Source: Candidatus Daviesbacteria bacterium RIFCSPHIGHO2_01_FULL_41_45 (GTDB lineage Bacteria; Patescibacteriota; Microgenomatia; Daviesbacterales; UBA10151). From it: a stretch of 64,000 bases of DNA. Location: assembly GCA_001776975.1 (NCBI GenBank), contig MFCS01000025.1, positions 37,407 to 101,406 on the forward strand, read 5' to 3'. Every line of letters starts with the position of its first letter. Position 1 is the stretch's first letter. The notes below the pieces were generated by a model, which ran no database searches, was not told the DNA's origin, and was given only the letters and a program-made list of their open reading frames with translations. The position numbers were made by a program, and so were the translations under genes. This document shows, one piece after another, positions 8,795-18,668 of this stretch.

Positions 8795-9322
8795 TTACTC
8801 TTGTGGGGGTAGGTGCTCTTCACCGTTATTGCCAACTGGAACCTCACCTGGTTTGAGCCAACGAACATAAGTACAACCCGTAGCTGCCTTATTTTGAGCA
8901 TCCCAACCAGCGGTTGAACACTTCTCCATCTTTTTTCCGCTTGAGGTGGTAAACAAAACTAATTTGTCTCCACATTGAGGACAAGTTATATCTAATGGTT
9001 CACTACTACCGTTGATCCATTCCACAAAATCACAACCGGTAGCTTGTTTGGCAGCAGCATCCCACCCACCCGTACTACATTTTTTCATCTTTTTGCCAAA
9101 TCTAGTCACCTGCATAACTAAAGCTGCCCCACATTTAGGACACTTCTCGTCTAACGCTTGTGGTTCCACCTGAAGCCATTTAACATAATCACAACCCTCA
9201 GACTGTCTGGTTTCTTTATTCCAAGACCCGGTACTACACCGCTGGAGTTTCCGCCCTGTTGGAGTTTCACTTATTGGAGATAAAGGTGCACCACACTTGG
9301 GACATGCTTCTTGATCAGACAT
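8795..9322 (-). CDS. Triple tandem zinc-ribbon repeat protein (topoisomerase-type C4 zinc-finger-like modules)
   Basis: Three ~55-aa repeats of CP(K/Q)CG...GKKMKKCSTGGWD...ATGC.(Y/F)V.W. Confidence 0.7.
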   Translation of the reverse strand: MSDQEACPKCGAPLSPISETPTGRKLQRCSTGSWNKETRQSEGCDYVKWLQVEPQALDEKCPKCGAALVMQVTRFGKKMKKCSTGGWDAAAKQATGCDFVEWINGSSEPLDITCPQCGDKLVLFTTSSGKKMEKCSTAGWDAQNKAATGCTYVRWLKPGEVPVGNNGEEHLPPQE

Positions 9323-9571
9323 TTATTCAGATTACTATATTTACAGAACTCTTGCAACCCCATTGTTGCTAAATTATAGGTTATGTGTTATGATTCTTTT
9401 TAGTGGATTCAGAATCCTGAGCTGTTCGTTAATTTCTCCGTTGAGTTATTTTCATTCTAGCTCCTTAAGTTTTATTCGGAGCAATCCTAATTTTAATTCT
9501 TATTGTTTCTTGTTTCACTAAATTATTCTTCTTGGTCTCGCTTTTTTGTGGGACAAGAAGACTTAAGTAAT

Positions 9572-10774
9572 ATGTACAAATATAATCGCAGTCGTAGCTA
9601 CGGATCTTCCCGACCAACTTCAGGTGGCCATTTTCAAGGCCAAAGAAGGAATAACTTCCGCATCAGGTCGCTACCTAACGATCCCAGCTTATTTATCCGA
9701 AAATCTATTCAGGGTCTAACTGCCTATGAACAGACTATCCAACACAGTTTTGCTGATTTTAACTTAACTCCAAGGCTTAAATCTAACATTACTAACAAGG
9801 GCTACACCACCCCCACCCCCATCCAAGACCAAGCTATCAACCCCATACTTGAAGGAAGAGACTTAATCGGCCTAGCCTCTACTGGAAGTGGTAAAACTGC
9901 AGCATTTTTAATTCCCTTAATTAACAATCTTTATCTCAATCAGCACCAAAAAACCTTGATTATCGTTCCTACCAGAGAACTAGCCTTACAAATCCGGGAT
10001 GAATTTAAGTGTTTTGCAGAAGGCATGAATCTTTACTCCTGCATTATTATTGGGGGGGCTAATATTAACCGACAGGTTCAAGAGATCAGAAGATCACCCC
10101 AGGTGGTAATCGCCACCCCTGGCAGACTTAAAGATTTAATTCAGCGTCACATTATTAATTTAAAAGATTACAGCAGTATTGTATTAGATGAGGTTGATTT
10201 AATGGTGGATATTGGCTTTATTAATGATATTAGATTTTTCATCTCTTTAATGCCCTCCTCCCGCCAATCATTATTTTTCTCAGCCACCATACCCTCAAAG
10301 GTTCAGGGAGTTTTACAATCATTTGTGCAAGACCCAATTACTATATCGGTCAAAAATCAGGACACCTCGGAAAACGTTGATCAAGACGTTGTTCGGGTCA
10401 CAAATCCGGCAGAAAAGGTTAGTAAACTACACGACCTGTTAGTACAAGAAGAGTTCAAAAAAGTGTTGATTTTTGGTCGGACTAAACACGGTGTTGAAAA
10501 ATTGTACCAGGAGTTAACTTTTAGAGGATTTAAGATCGGTGCTATTCATGGTAATAAATCACAAGGTCAACGTCAAAGGGCTTTGGACAGCTTTAAAAAT
10601 GATGAGATTCAAATTCTTTTGGCTACAGATGTAGCCTCGAGGGGGTTAGATATTGATAATGTCACTCATGTTATAAATTACGAGCTTCCAGAAACTTACG
10701 AAGACTATATCCATCGCATTGGCAGAACCGGACGGGCCGGTAAGATGGGTACAGCTTTGACATTTATCAGTTAA
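9572..10774 (+). CDS. DEAD-box ATP-dependent RNA helicase (DEVD variant)
   Basis: Q-motif, GSGKTAAF (motif I), PTRELA, VLDEVD (motif II), SAT, HRIGRTGRAG. The track ORF starts at 9503. The in-frame ATG at 9572 is the more plausible start. Confidence 0.9.
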   Translation: MYKYNRSRSYGSSRPTSGGHFQGQRRNNFRIRSLPNDPSLFIRKSIQGLTAYEQTIQHSFADFNLTPRLKSNITNKGYTTPTPIQDQAINPILEGRDLIGLASTGSGKTAAFLIPLINNLYLNQHQKTLIIVPTRELALQIRDEFKCFAEGMNLYSCIIIGGANINRQVQEIRRSPQVVIATPGRLKDLIQRHIINLKDYSSIVLDEVDLMVDIGFINDIRFFISLMPSSRQSLFFSATIPSKVQGVLQSFVQDPITISVKNQDTSENVDQDVVRVTNPAEKVSKLHDLLVQEEFKKVLIFGRTKHGVEKLYQELTFRGFKIGAIHGNKSQGQRQRALDSFKNDEIQILLATDVASRGLDIDNVTHVINYELPETYEDYIHRIGRTGRAGKMGTALTFIS

Positions 10775-10796
10775 CTTTTACGAAAGGAGGAAAATC

Positions 10797-11081
10797 ATGA
10801 CAAAATTATTCGTTGGCGGACTTCCGTACTCCATTGATAGTCAAAAATTACAAGAGTTATTTGCCCAATTTGGACAAGTTATCTCAGCTAATGTAATTGT
10901 TGATAAATTTACTAACCAAAGCAAAGGTTTTGGTTTTGTAGAGATGGCTGATCAAGCGGCAGCTCAGGAAGCAATTAAAAGCTTAGATGGCTCGTCTTTA
11001 GAAGGCAGACGTCTGGGAGTTTCTATTGCTAAACCTAGAGAAGATAGGCCAAGAAACGACAACTATCGAGACCGAAGATAA
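10797..11081 (+). CDS. RRM-type RNA-binding protein
   Basis: RNP-2 LFVGGL and RNP-1 KGFGFVEM, with an R/D-rich tail. Confidence 0.85.
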   Translation: MTKLFVGGLPYSIDSQKLQELFAQFGQVISANVIVDKFTNQSKGFGFVEMADQAAAQEAIKSLDGSSLEGRRLGVSIAKPREDRPRNDNYRDRR

Positions 11082-11136
11082 TTAATTAATTTTCGGTACT
11101 TTCAAAACTATCCAGGATTGGTTAATATCTATTATT

Positions 11137-11925
11137 ATGGATATACCAATTCTGGGTTTTGGAACTTGGCAACTAAAGGGCCAGGATTGTGTTGATTCAG
11201 CCTTACACGCCCTAAGGGTGGGCTACCGACATATTGATACTGCTGATAGCTATGGTAACCACCTTGAGGTAGCGCAGGCAATTAAATCCTCTGGAGTCAA
11301 ACGGGAAGATCTGTTTATTACTACCAAGGTTCCTCGTTCTCTTTTAGGGTACGACGATGTCCTATTGAGTTGTGATAGATATTTAGTTGAACTGGACATT
11401 CCGTATATTGACCTACTATTAATCCATTGGCCCAATAAAGATATCCCAATTGAAAAAACCTTAGAGGCTTTTGAGCGGTTAAAGCAACAGGAAAAGATAA
11501 AAGAGGTTGGTGTATCCAATTTTACTATCCATCATCTGGAAGATATTAAAAGCAAGAGCTTCAAGGTGGTAAATAATCAGATTGAGCTCCATCCCACTTT
11601 TAATCAGTTAGCTATTCAACAATACTGTGATCAAAATAATATTAAATTGACGGCTTATTCTCCGGTTGGCAGAGGAGTTGATTTAGAGCTAGATACCATA
11701 AGAGAGTTGGCGATGAAGCACGGTCGAACCCCCTCCCAGATTATCTTAAGATGGATCATGCAAAGAGGAATTATAGCCATCCCTAAATCCTCAAACCCCA
11801 AACATATCGAAGAGAATTTTAATACAGCTGATTTTGAGTTAACTGATGAAGAGGTAAAACTACTAAACAATATCCCCCAGGAAGAACGAATTGTAAACCC
11901 ACCCACCTCCGAATTTCATTACTAA
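11137..11925 (+). CDS. Aldo/keto reductase
   Basis: GFGTWQ and IDTADSYGN motifs of the AKR family. Confidence 0.85.
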   Translation: MDIPILGFGTWQLKGQDCVDSALHALRVGYRHIDTADSYGNHLEVAQAIKSSGVKREDLFITTKVPRSLLGYDDVLLSCDRYLVELDIPYIDLLLIHWPNKDIPIEKTLEAFERLKQQEKIKEVGVSNFTIHHLEDIKSKSFKVVNNQIELHPTFNQLAIQQYCDQNNIKLTAYSPVGRGVDLELDTIRELAMKHGRTPSQIILRWIMQRGIIAIPKSSNPKHIEENFNTADFELTDEEVKLLNNIPQEERIVNPPTSEFHY

Positions 11926-11943
11926 AGCGTAGTTATGACTAGA

Positions 11944-11970
11944 GGTAGCACAAAGAACATTTGTGCTACC
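11944..11970. terminator. Perfect 11-bp-stem hairpin between convergent genes (likely bidirectional terminator)
   Basis: ggtagcacaaa-gaaca-tttgtgctacc. No strong T-run. Confidence 0.45.
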
Positions 11971-11986
11971 CAAGAAATAATTACAC

Positions 11987-12190
11987 TTACCCCTTACCTA
12001 AGGAGTTAGCCGCAACATATACTGCTGAGGCTCCAACAGCAACATAAACCAATGTTGTCAACATTGATCCATCACCAAGTATCATGGTCACCACATTTGT
12101 ATTGGCAACTCCTACTAGTCCCCAATTCAAACCTCCAACTATTAAAAGCCAATTTGCTAATGTACCTAAACTTTTCATCTGTCTCATCAC
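11987..12190 (-). CDS. DUF378-family small membrane protein
   Basis: GGLNWGLVG motif. Confidence 0.6.
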   Translation of the reverse strand: MMRQMKSLGTLANWLLIVGGLNWGLVGVANTNVVTMILGDGSMLTTLVYVAVGASAVYVAANSLGKG

Positions 12191-12257
12191 CCCCTTTTGT
12201 TCATCATGACAAAGTATATTACAAATGTAAATATCACGATTTAGATGTTAATATAAT

Positions 12258-13313
12258 ATGGTGAGTCTATCCACTGATCCTGCCATTAAATCACAACTAG
12301 CTGAAGAAGGATTAAAGTATTTTTCTGATCAAAATGCAGGTTATTTCCGGCATAAAGTAGAAAATAAATTTATCTATTATGACCTGAGGGGCAGTAAAAT
12401 CTCTACTCCAAAAATTCTTAAAAGAATAGGTGGCCTGGCGATACCTCCAGCCTGGAGAAATGTTTGGGTATCACCTCTAGAGAACTCCCACCTTCAAGCC
12501 ACAGGAGTTGATGATAGAGATAGAAAACAGTATATCTATCATAAATCATGGACCAAAATCTGTCAGCAAAATAAATTCTCTAAAATGGTTGATTTTGGAC
12601 TATCTTTACCCAACCTCAGATCCAAAATTAAGTATGATTTGAGTGTTCCCAAATTAGATAAACGCAAGATTTTAGCAACCGTTGTCTGGCTTTTAGAAAA
12701 CACCTTTATTAGGGTTGGCAACGACGAATATTCCAAAGAAAACCATTCTTTTGGATTAACCACCCTCAGAAATAAACATGCCAATGTTGATGGTTCCAAG
12801 ATTATCTTTAGATTTATCGGTAAAAGCGGAGTAGCCCACTTAATTAAGGTTGGCCATCCCACCATCGCCAAAACTATCAGACGCTGTATTGAGCTTCCGG
12901 GTTATGAGTTGTTTCAATATATTGAAGAAGACGGCAGTAAACACACCGTTACATCTGAAGATGTAAATCATTTTTTAAAAGATGTCACTAAAGAAGATTT
13001 TACGGCCAAAGATTTTAGAACTTGGGGGGCTAGTGATATTTGCGCAGTTCACTTTTATGAAATAGGTCTCCCAGAAGATAAGCGGGGACTTCTGAAAAAT
13101 ATCCATGCTGCTGTAAAAAAAGTATCAACTCATTTAAACAATACCGCCAAGATTTGCAGAAATTATTACATTCACCCTACAGTGATTGAGACATATCAAA
13201 CAAATATCTTAGTGCCACATTTTAGTAAATTTAAAGCCTCAAAATATACTAAGAGTGGACTAAGTTGGCATGAGTATGCTTTAATTAGACTCTTGGAGAG
13301 ACATGCTGTCTAA
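12258..13313 (+). CDS. Type IB DNA topoisomerase (poxvirus/bacterial TopIB type)
   Basis: IPPAWRNVWV, GVDDRDRKQYIYH, GLTTLRNKH, FRFIGKSG, KDFRTWGAS, and the C-terminal NYYIHP with the catalytic tyrosine context. Confidence 0.85.
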   Translation: MVSLSTDPAIKSQLAEEGLKYFSDQNAGYFRHKVENKFIYYDLRGSKISTPKILKRIGGLAIPPAWRNVWVSPLENSHLQATGVDDRDRKQYIYHKSWTKICQQNKFSKMVDFGLSLPNLRSKIKYDLSVPKLDKRKILATVVWLLENTFIRVGNDEYSKENHSFGLTTLRNKHANVDGSKIIFRFIGKSGVAHLIKVGHPTIAKTIRRCIELPGYELFQYIEEDGSKHTVTSEDVNHFLKDVTKEDFTAKDFRTWGASDICAVHFYEIGLPEDKRGLLKNIHAAVKKVSTHLNNTAKICRNYYIHPTVIETYQTNILVPHFSKFKASKYTKSGLSWHEYALIRLLERHAV

Positions 13314-13716
13314 AAATATATCACTTTTTTATTTAGCCTGGATTATCTCAGTTGTTGCCACTGTTGGTAGCTTAGTGTTTAGCGAGATCCTTAAATTTCC
13401 TCCTTGTGTTTTGTGCTGGTACCAAAGAATTATACTTTATCCACTGGTATTAATTATCGCTGTCGGTATATTAAGGAAAGACAAGAATCTTCCCTATTAT
13501 GTATTACCATTATCAATCACTGGTATGGCTGTAGCTTCCTACCACAATCTATTGTATTACTCAATAATTCCAGAGAATATTGCTCCTTGTACTCTGGGCA
13601 TTTCTTGTATCAGTAAGTTTATCGAGTGGTTTGGTTTTGTTAGCATTCCGCTCTTATCGCTACTGTCATTTGCGGTCATTACCTTAATAATGATATTATC
13701 CAGAAAGTCAAAATGA
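13303..13716 (+). CDS. dsbB: Disulfide bond formation protein B (DsbB/BdbC family)
   Basis: Four transmembrane segments with Cys pairs CVLCWYQR and CTLGISC. Confidence 0.8.
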   Translation: MLSKNISLFYLAWIISVVATVGSLVFSEILKFPPCVLCWYQRIILYPLVLIIAVGILRKDKNLPYYVLPLSITGMAVASYHNLLYYSIIPENIAPCTLGISCISKFIEWFGFVSIPLLSLLSFAVITLIMILSRKSK

Positions 13717-14351
13717 GTACCGACGCTAAAATTCTTTCAGTCATAGGAATTGTCACCACATTAGTATTAGCAGGAGGGGTATTTTTATTAAACAGGTCAA
13801 TCACTACCCCCACAGCTACTATTACAACGGATAGCCCTAATTTGATCCGAAATGATAGCTATCAAACAGCCACTGGCTCAGCCAAGGTTAATTTAGTTGA
13901 GTTTGGAGACTACCAATGCCCAGCCTGTGCCAGTGCCCATCAGGTAGTAAAGTCTGTTATGACTCTTGATGTTAATTTTGTTTTTCGCCACTTCCCACTA
14001 CCCTTGCATAAAAATGCGGTTATCGCCTCCTTGGCTGCTGAAGCAGCTGGAGTCCAGGGAAAGTACTGGGAGATGCACAACTTCTTATATGAGGATCAAG
14101 CCAATTGGTCAGAGTCAAGCAACCCCAAAGAGGTTTTCTTGGGTTATGCCGGCAAGATCCAATTAGATATTGATAAGTTTAGCCAGGATATTGAAAGTCC
14201 ACAGCTTAAATCCAAGATAGAAAGAGATCGACTTGATGGAATCAGTTTGGGAATCAACGCCACCCCAACCTTTTTTATCAACGGCGAGAAACTAGCGGGG
14301 ATGCCTAACTTTACTCAGTTTAAAAACATGATTCAGGAAAAGTCCCGCTAA
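13713..14351 (+). CDS. DsbA-family thiol:disulfide oxidoreductase (membrane-anchored)
   Basis: CPAC active site in YQCPACAS, with an N-terminal transmembrane anchor. Confidence 0.85.
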   Translation: MSTDAKILSVIGIVTTLVLAGGVFLLNRSITTPTATITTDSPNLIRNDSYQTATGSAKVNLVEFGDYQCPACASAHQVVKSVMTLDVNFVFRHFPLPLHKNAVIASLAAEAAGVQGKYWEMHNFLYEDQANWSESSNPKEVFLGYAGKIQLDIDKFSQDIESPQLKSKIERDRLDGISLGINATPTFFINGEKLAGMPNFTQFKNMIQEKSR

Positions 14352-14354
14352 AAT

Positions 14355-14729
14355 ATGGAACCATCTAGGAAACCTGGCAGAATTCTTGCTTTTAAATACG
14401 CTTTTCGGGGTATCGTTTCGGCATTTATTGAAGAGCCGAACTTAAAATTTCATTTTTTTGTAGCTTTTGTAATTATACTGGCAGGGTGGTTTTTTCAGAT
14501 TAATAAACTAGAGTGGACCGCAATTATTACCATAATCGGGTTAGTCTTGACTGCAGAGCTCACCAATACCTCAATTGAGGCAGTAGTTGATTCCTTTACT
14601 AATAAGGAACATCCTGGAGCCAAATTAGCCAAAGATATCTCCGCTGGTGCTGTTTTAATTGTCTCAATAACCGCTACAACTGTTGGGATAATTATATTTT
14701 TACCCTATATTTTAGGATTACTCACTTAA
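14355..14729 (+). CDS. dgkA: Diacylglycerol/undecaprenol kinase (DgkA family)
   Basis: AELTNTSIEAVVD and AKDISAGAVL motifs, three transmembrane segments. Confidence 0.8.
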   Translation: MEPSRKPGRILAFKYAFRGIVSAFIEEPNLKFHFFVAFVIILAGWFFQINKLEWTAIITIIGLVLTAELTNTSIEAVVDSFTNKEHPGAKLAKDISAGAVLIVSITATTVGIIIFLPYILGLLT

Positions 14730-15989
14730 TATTTTTTCAAATTTAGCTGGGGATTTGAAGGGGCCAACTAGTTGCAGATTATACCGCTCAGATCTAAACA
14801 ACTCTTTGGCTATCTCTTGGATCTCCTCCAAACTTACCGCTTCTATCTGTTGTAAATATTCATCAAATGTCTCTATCTTTCTATCCAAAACAAACTCTAC
14901 TCCAAAATGGGTAGCTAAAAAATTGGTGGACTCAGACCTAAGGGCCAAGTGCCCCCGCTCCATCTCTTTGGCTTTTTGTAATTCCTCACTAGTTACCCCC
15001 TCTTTGGCTACTTTTTCTAACTCCTCTTTAATCACTCTAATTCCCTCCTCAATTTTTTCTAACTTTAATCCGGCATAAACAATAAATACCCCACTATCAA
15101 CATATGGGGCATATGCTGCCTTCACTCGGTAAGCTAAACCTCGCCTTTCTCTAATCTGTATAAATAATCTACTAGACATACCTTCCCCTAATATTGTAGA
15201 CAACAAACTGGCTGCGTATCTTTTTTTATTGTTTCTATCATAAGCCTCAACCCCAAAAACCAAACTAACCTGCTCGGTTTTTTTATAATGGATGCTGACT
15301 TTTGGTTTAGATTGTTTAACCTGTTTGTATGGTAAAAATTTAGAACGTCTGGCTTTGGGTAAATCTAGAAAATACTTTCGGGCAATATCTTCTATGTTTT
15401 TGGGGAGTTTACCAACATAAATTAAAGCCATGTTTTCCGGTGAGTAGAGGGAGTTTATATACTCCAAAAAGTCTTCCCTTTTCATACTTTTTATTGCTTT
15501 TTCTGTACCAATAACCTCCCAACCTAATGGTTGATCCCCAAACTGTAACATCTCATAAAGATCCAGAGAGTACCTGGCCGGATCATCCCTATACATTCTC
15601 ATCTCCTCTAAAATCACCCCTTTTTCTCTCTCTATTTCTTCAGCTACCATCAGTGGTTCTTTCAACATTGAGGACAAAATATCTGAGGCAGTTTCCAGGT
15701 GCTTTGCTGATGACTTAATCCAATAATAGGTAATCTCTTTGTCAGTAGCAGCGTTATTAATTGCTCCAATTGAATCAACTATCTTACTGATCTCCTCTGC
15801 TGTCGGATATTTTTTACTCCCTTTAAAAAACATGTGTTCCAAGAAATGAGAGATTCCATTTACCCTACGGGTTTCATATCTGGATCCAGCACCAACAGAG
15901 ATAAAAGTAGTTACCGAATCTAAATGTGGGAGGTCAACGGTGATCAAAGTCAGACCGTTCTTGAGTGTTTTAGTTTTATGATTAACCAT
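14718..15989 (-). CDS. M16-family zinc peptidase (insulinase-like)
   Basis: Inverted zinc motif HFLEHMFFKG (HxxEH). Confidence 0.85.
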   Translation of the reverse strand: MVNHKTKTLKNGLTLITVDLPHLDSVTTFISVGAGSRYETRRVNGISHFLEHMFFKGSKKYPTAEEISKIVDSIGAINNAATDKEITYYWIKSSAKHLETASDILSSMLKEPLMVAEEIEREKGVILEEMRMYRDDPARYSLDLYEMLQFGDQPLGWEVIGTEKAIKSMKREDFLEYINSLYSPENMALIYVGKLPKNIEDIARKYFLDLPKARRSKFLPYKQVKQSKPKVSIHYKKTEQVSLVFGVEAYDRNNKKRYAASLLSTILGEGMSSRLFIQIRERRGLAYRVKAAYAPYVDSGVFIVYAGLKLEKIEEGIRVIKEELEKVAKEGVTSEELQKAKEMERGHLALRSESTNFLATHFGVEFVLDRKIETFDEYLQQIEAVSLEEIQEIAKELFRSERYNLQLVGPFKSPAKFEKILSE

Positions 15990-16026
15990 ACAAACTTTAG
16001 AAGTCTAACAGATCGGAGAAGATAAG

Positions 16027-17235
16027 TTAAGGTATTTCTTTTTTCGGAAAATATTTTTTTCCCATTAGTTTTTCTGGAAGGAGATCTTTTTCAGTATACA
16101 TCTCATATCCTTTTCCATAACTTAAATCTTGCATCAATTTTGTGGGAGCATTTCTGACCATTAAAGGAATCGGTAAATTCCCATATCTTTTAACATCTTC
16201 TACAGCAGAAAAATATCCATCATACGCTGACCTGTCTTTTTTGGCTGAGGCTAAATAAGCTACACCGTGCGCTAAGTTAATCTGACATTCGGGATAACCA
16301 ATGGTTTCACAAGCCCGAAAAACTTCATTGGCAACAACTAAGGCCGTCGGCTGAATCATACCAATATCCTCTGAGGCAAAGATCACCATCCTTCTGGCAA
16401 TAAATAAAGGATCCTCCCCGGCCTCCACCATCCGGGCTAAATAATATAAAGCTGCATCTATATTTGAAGCCCGCATCGATTTAATAAAAGCACTGATGGT
16501 ATCGTAATGCTCCTCACCTGCCTTATCATAAATTAAAGCCTTTTTCTGCAGTGCCTCTGCAACCACCTCCTGAGTGATGAGAGTTGCAGACGATGCAGCA
16601 ATCTCTAGGGTATTCAAAACCTTTCTGGCATCCCCATTTGCTCCTTCTGTTAAAAATTCAAGGGCCTTTTTGTCTATTTTAATTTTCTGATTTCCCAATC
16701 CTCTTTTTTTGTCCTTGATTGCTCTACTAATAATCCCCAGCAGATGATCTCTCTCAAGTTGCTTCATGACAAAAACTCTTGTCCTGGAGAGCAACGGGCC
16801 GATAATCTCAAATGAGGGATTCTCAGTAGTAGCCCCAATTAAAACTATGGTACCGTTTTCAACATAAGGCAAAAAAGCATCTTGTTGGGCTTTATTGAAC
16901 CTATGAATCTCATCTATAAAAATAATCGGTGCTTTAAAATTTGCAAATACGGTTGGATCATTTTTGGTGGATTTAATATCCTCAAACAATTTTTTTAATT
17001 CTATAATTGAGGTAGTTACAGCCGAAAACTCCTTAAATTCAGTTCCAGCCTCTATAGCTATCACTCTAGCTAGGGTAGTTTTGCCAACCCCTGGAGGACC
17101 CCATAAAATCATCGAGAATAATTGTTTGGATTTTATGGCTTGGTGCAACAATCTTCCCGGAGCTATGATGTGTTCTTGTCCAATAATTTCCGATAAAGTT
17201 GTTGGCCTCATCCGGTCAGCAAGTGGAGAGTTCAT
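16027..17235 (-). CDS. rarA: Replication-associated recombination protein A (AAA+ ATPase)
   Basis: GPPGVGKTTLARVIA Walker A and the MgsA C-terminal domain. Confidence 0.9.
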   Translation of the reverse strand: MNSPLADRMRPTTLSEIIGQEHIIAPGRLLHQAIKSKQLFSMILWGPPGVGKTTLARVIAIEAGTEFKEFSAVTTSIIELKKLFEDIKSTKNDPTVFANFKAPIIFIDEIHRFNKAQQDAFLPYVENGTIVLIGATTENPSFEIIGPLLSRTRVFVMKQLERDHLLGIISRAIKDKKRGLGNQKIKIDKKALEFLTEGANGDARKVLNTLEIAASSATLITQEVVAEALQKKALIYDKAGEEHYDTISAFIKSMRASNIDAALYYLARMVEAGEDPLFIARRMVIFASEDIGMIQPTALVVANEVFRACETIGYPECQINLAHGVAYLASAKKDRSAYDGYFSAVEDVKRYGNLPIPLMVRNAPTKLMQDLSYGKGYEMYTEKDLLPEKLMGKKYFPKKEIP

Positions 17236-17237
17236 GA

Positions 17238-18584
17238 TCAGTTAATTTTGTTGACCTTTGATCCATCAAGTGTATCTAAAACCTCAAAGCCTAAATCTTT
17301 AATTTGTTTCCTAAGTTGATCTGATTTATGGTAATCACTATTCTTTCTAGCCTCTTCCCGTTGGCTAACTAACTCCATAACATTTTCTGGAACATCAATT
17401 TTTTTAGCAACAAACTCTGCTAACCCTAGTCCCAAAACCTGGTCCATCTTGAGCAGCGACCCTGCTTTAGCTGAGGTTGGATAATCAGACTTTACTAATT
17501 CCCATAGTATAGCCAGAGCCTGCGCTGTATTTAGATCATTATCTAAGGCTTCTGTGAATCTCTGCTCGTGCTCTGCACAACCAACTACCGGCTGATCCCA
17601 ATTTCTGATAGTCTCCCTTAAGTTATTCAAAGCGTTTTGAGCAGCAGTTAAACTCTCCCAGGTAAAATTTAATTTATCTCGGTAATGAGCTGTTAAAAAT
17701 AGATACCTTAAGGCTAAAGGATCAATCCCTTTATTCTCAATATCAACCAGGGTATAAAAATTACCCAGAGATTTACTCATCTTAGCCCCATCAACTAACA
17801 GATGTTCACCGTGCACCCAATACCTAACAAAGGATTTCCCACTTACTCCCTCACTTTGAGCTATCTCGTTTTCATGATGAGGAAATAATAAATCTACCCC
17901 ACCAGCATGGATATCAATTGTATCCCCCAAAAATTGTTGAGACATCACTGAACACTCGATATGCCAACCTGGCCTACCCTTACCCCAAGGTGAATCCCAA
18001 CCCACCTCACTACCTTTAACCATTTTCCACAAAGCAAAATCCTGAACGTCATCTTTACTATACTCATCAGACAAAATTCTGGTGCCACTTTTGATCTGCG
18101 ATTTATCTACTCCCGATAATTTTCCGTAATTTGCAAATTTTGAAACATCAAAATATACTGATCCGTCCGCTTCCTGATATGCCAGACCTTTTCCTAGCAA
18201 AACTTCAATAAACTTAATCATCTCACTAACATGTTCTGTAGCTTTTGGATAATTATTGGCGGGCAAAATATTTAATTTTGAGATATCATCAAAAAAAACT
18301 TTACTGAATTTTTCGCTTAACTCAGAAGGTGAAATCCCCATCTCGGCGGATCTTTTTATAATCTTGTCGTCTACATCCGTTAAATTTTCTATAAACTGGA
18401 CTTGAAAATTATTAAATTCTAAAACCCTTTTTAAAAGATCATACAAAACAAAACTTCTTAAGTTTCCAATATGGACATGGTCATATACAGTTGGTCCACA
18501 ACCATAAAATGTTACATTGGCAGGATTTAAAGGCTTAAACTCCTCAATGGTTTTAGTCAGAGAGTTAAAAATCCGCAAATTCAC
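17238..18584 (-). CDS. cysS: Cysteinyl-tRNA synthetase
   Basis: HIGN (HIGH) and KMSKS motifs. Confidence 0.93.
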   Translation of the reverse strand: MNLRIFNSLTKTIEEFKPLNPANVTFYGCGPTVYDHVHIGNLRSFVLYDLLKRVLEFNNFQVQFIENLTDVDDKIIKRSAEMGISPSELSEKFSKVFFDDISKLNILPANNYPKATEHVSEMIKFIEVLLGKGLAYQEADGSVYFDVSKFANYGKLSGVDKSQIKSGTRILSDEYSKDDVQDFALWKMVKGSEVGWDSPWGKGRPGWHIECSVMSQQFLGDTIDIHAGGVDLLFPHHENEIAQSEGVSGKSFVRYWVHGEHLLVDGAKMSKSLGNFYTLVDIENKGIDPLALRYLFLTAHYRDKLNFTWESLTAAQNALNNLRETIRNWDQPVVGCAEHEQRFTEALDNDLNTAQALAILWELVKSDYPTSAKAGSLLKMDQVLGLGLAEFVAKKIDVPENVMELVSQREEARKNSDYHKSDQLRKQIKDLGFEVLDTLDGSKVNKIN

Positions 18585-18668
18585 ATCTCTAGTATACGAT
18601 AATTATTCTGATAGACAAGTGCGCCAAAAAATTTGAAGTAATCCAATTAGTCTGGTAGTATTCAGGCT

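Noticed and set aside
6471-8856. Five plus-strand ORFs of 60-98 aa (6471..6686, 6744..7040, 6926..7156, 7420..7602, 8052..8243, 8629..8856) inside the P-type ATPase gene
   Set aside because: All are antisense to a strongly supported 895-aa CDS, low-complexity, and without motifs. Typical spurious antisense ORFs.
11250-12871. Antisense ORFs within the AKR and TopIB genes (11250..11519, 11655..11906, 12563..12871) and 12052..12264
   Set aside because: Embedded in or overlapping confidently assigned genes on the other strand. No motifs.
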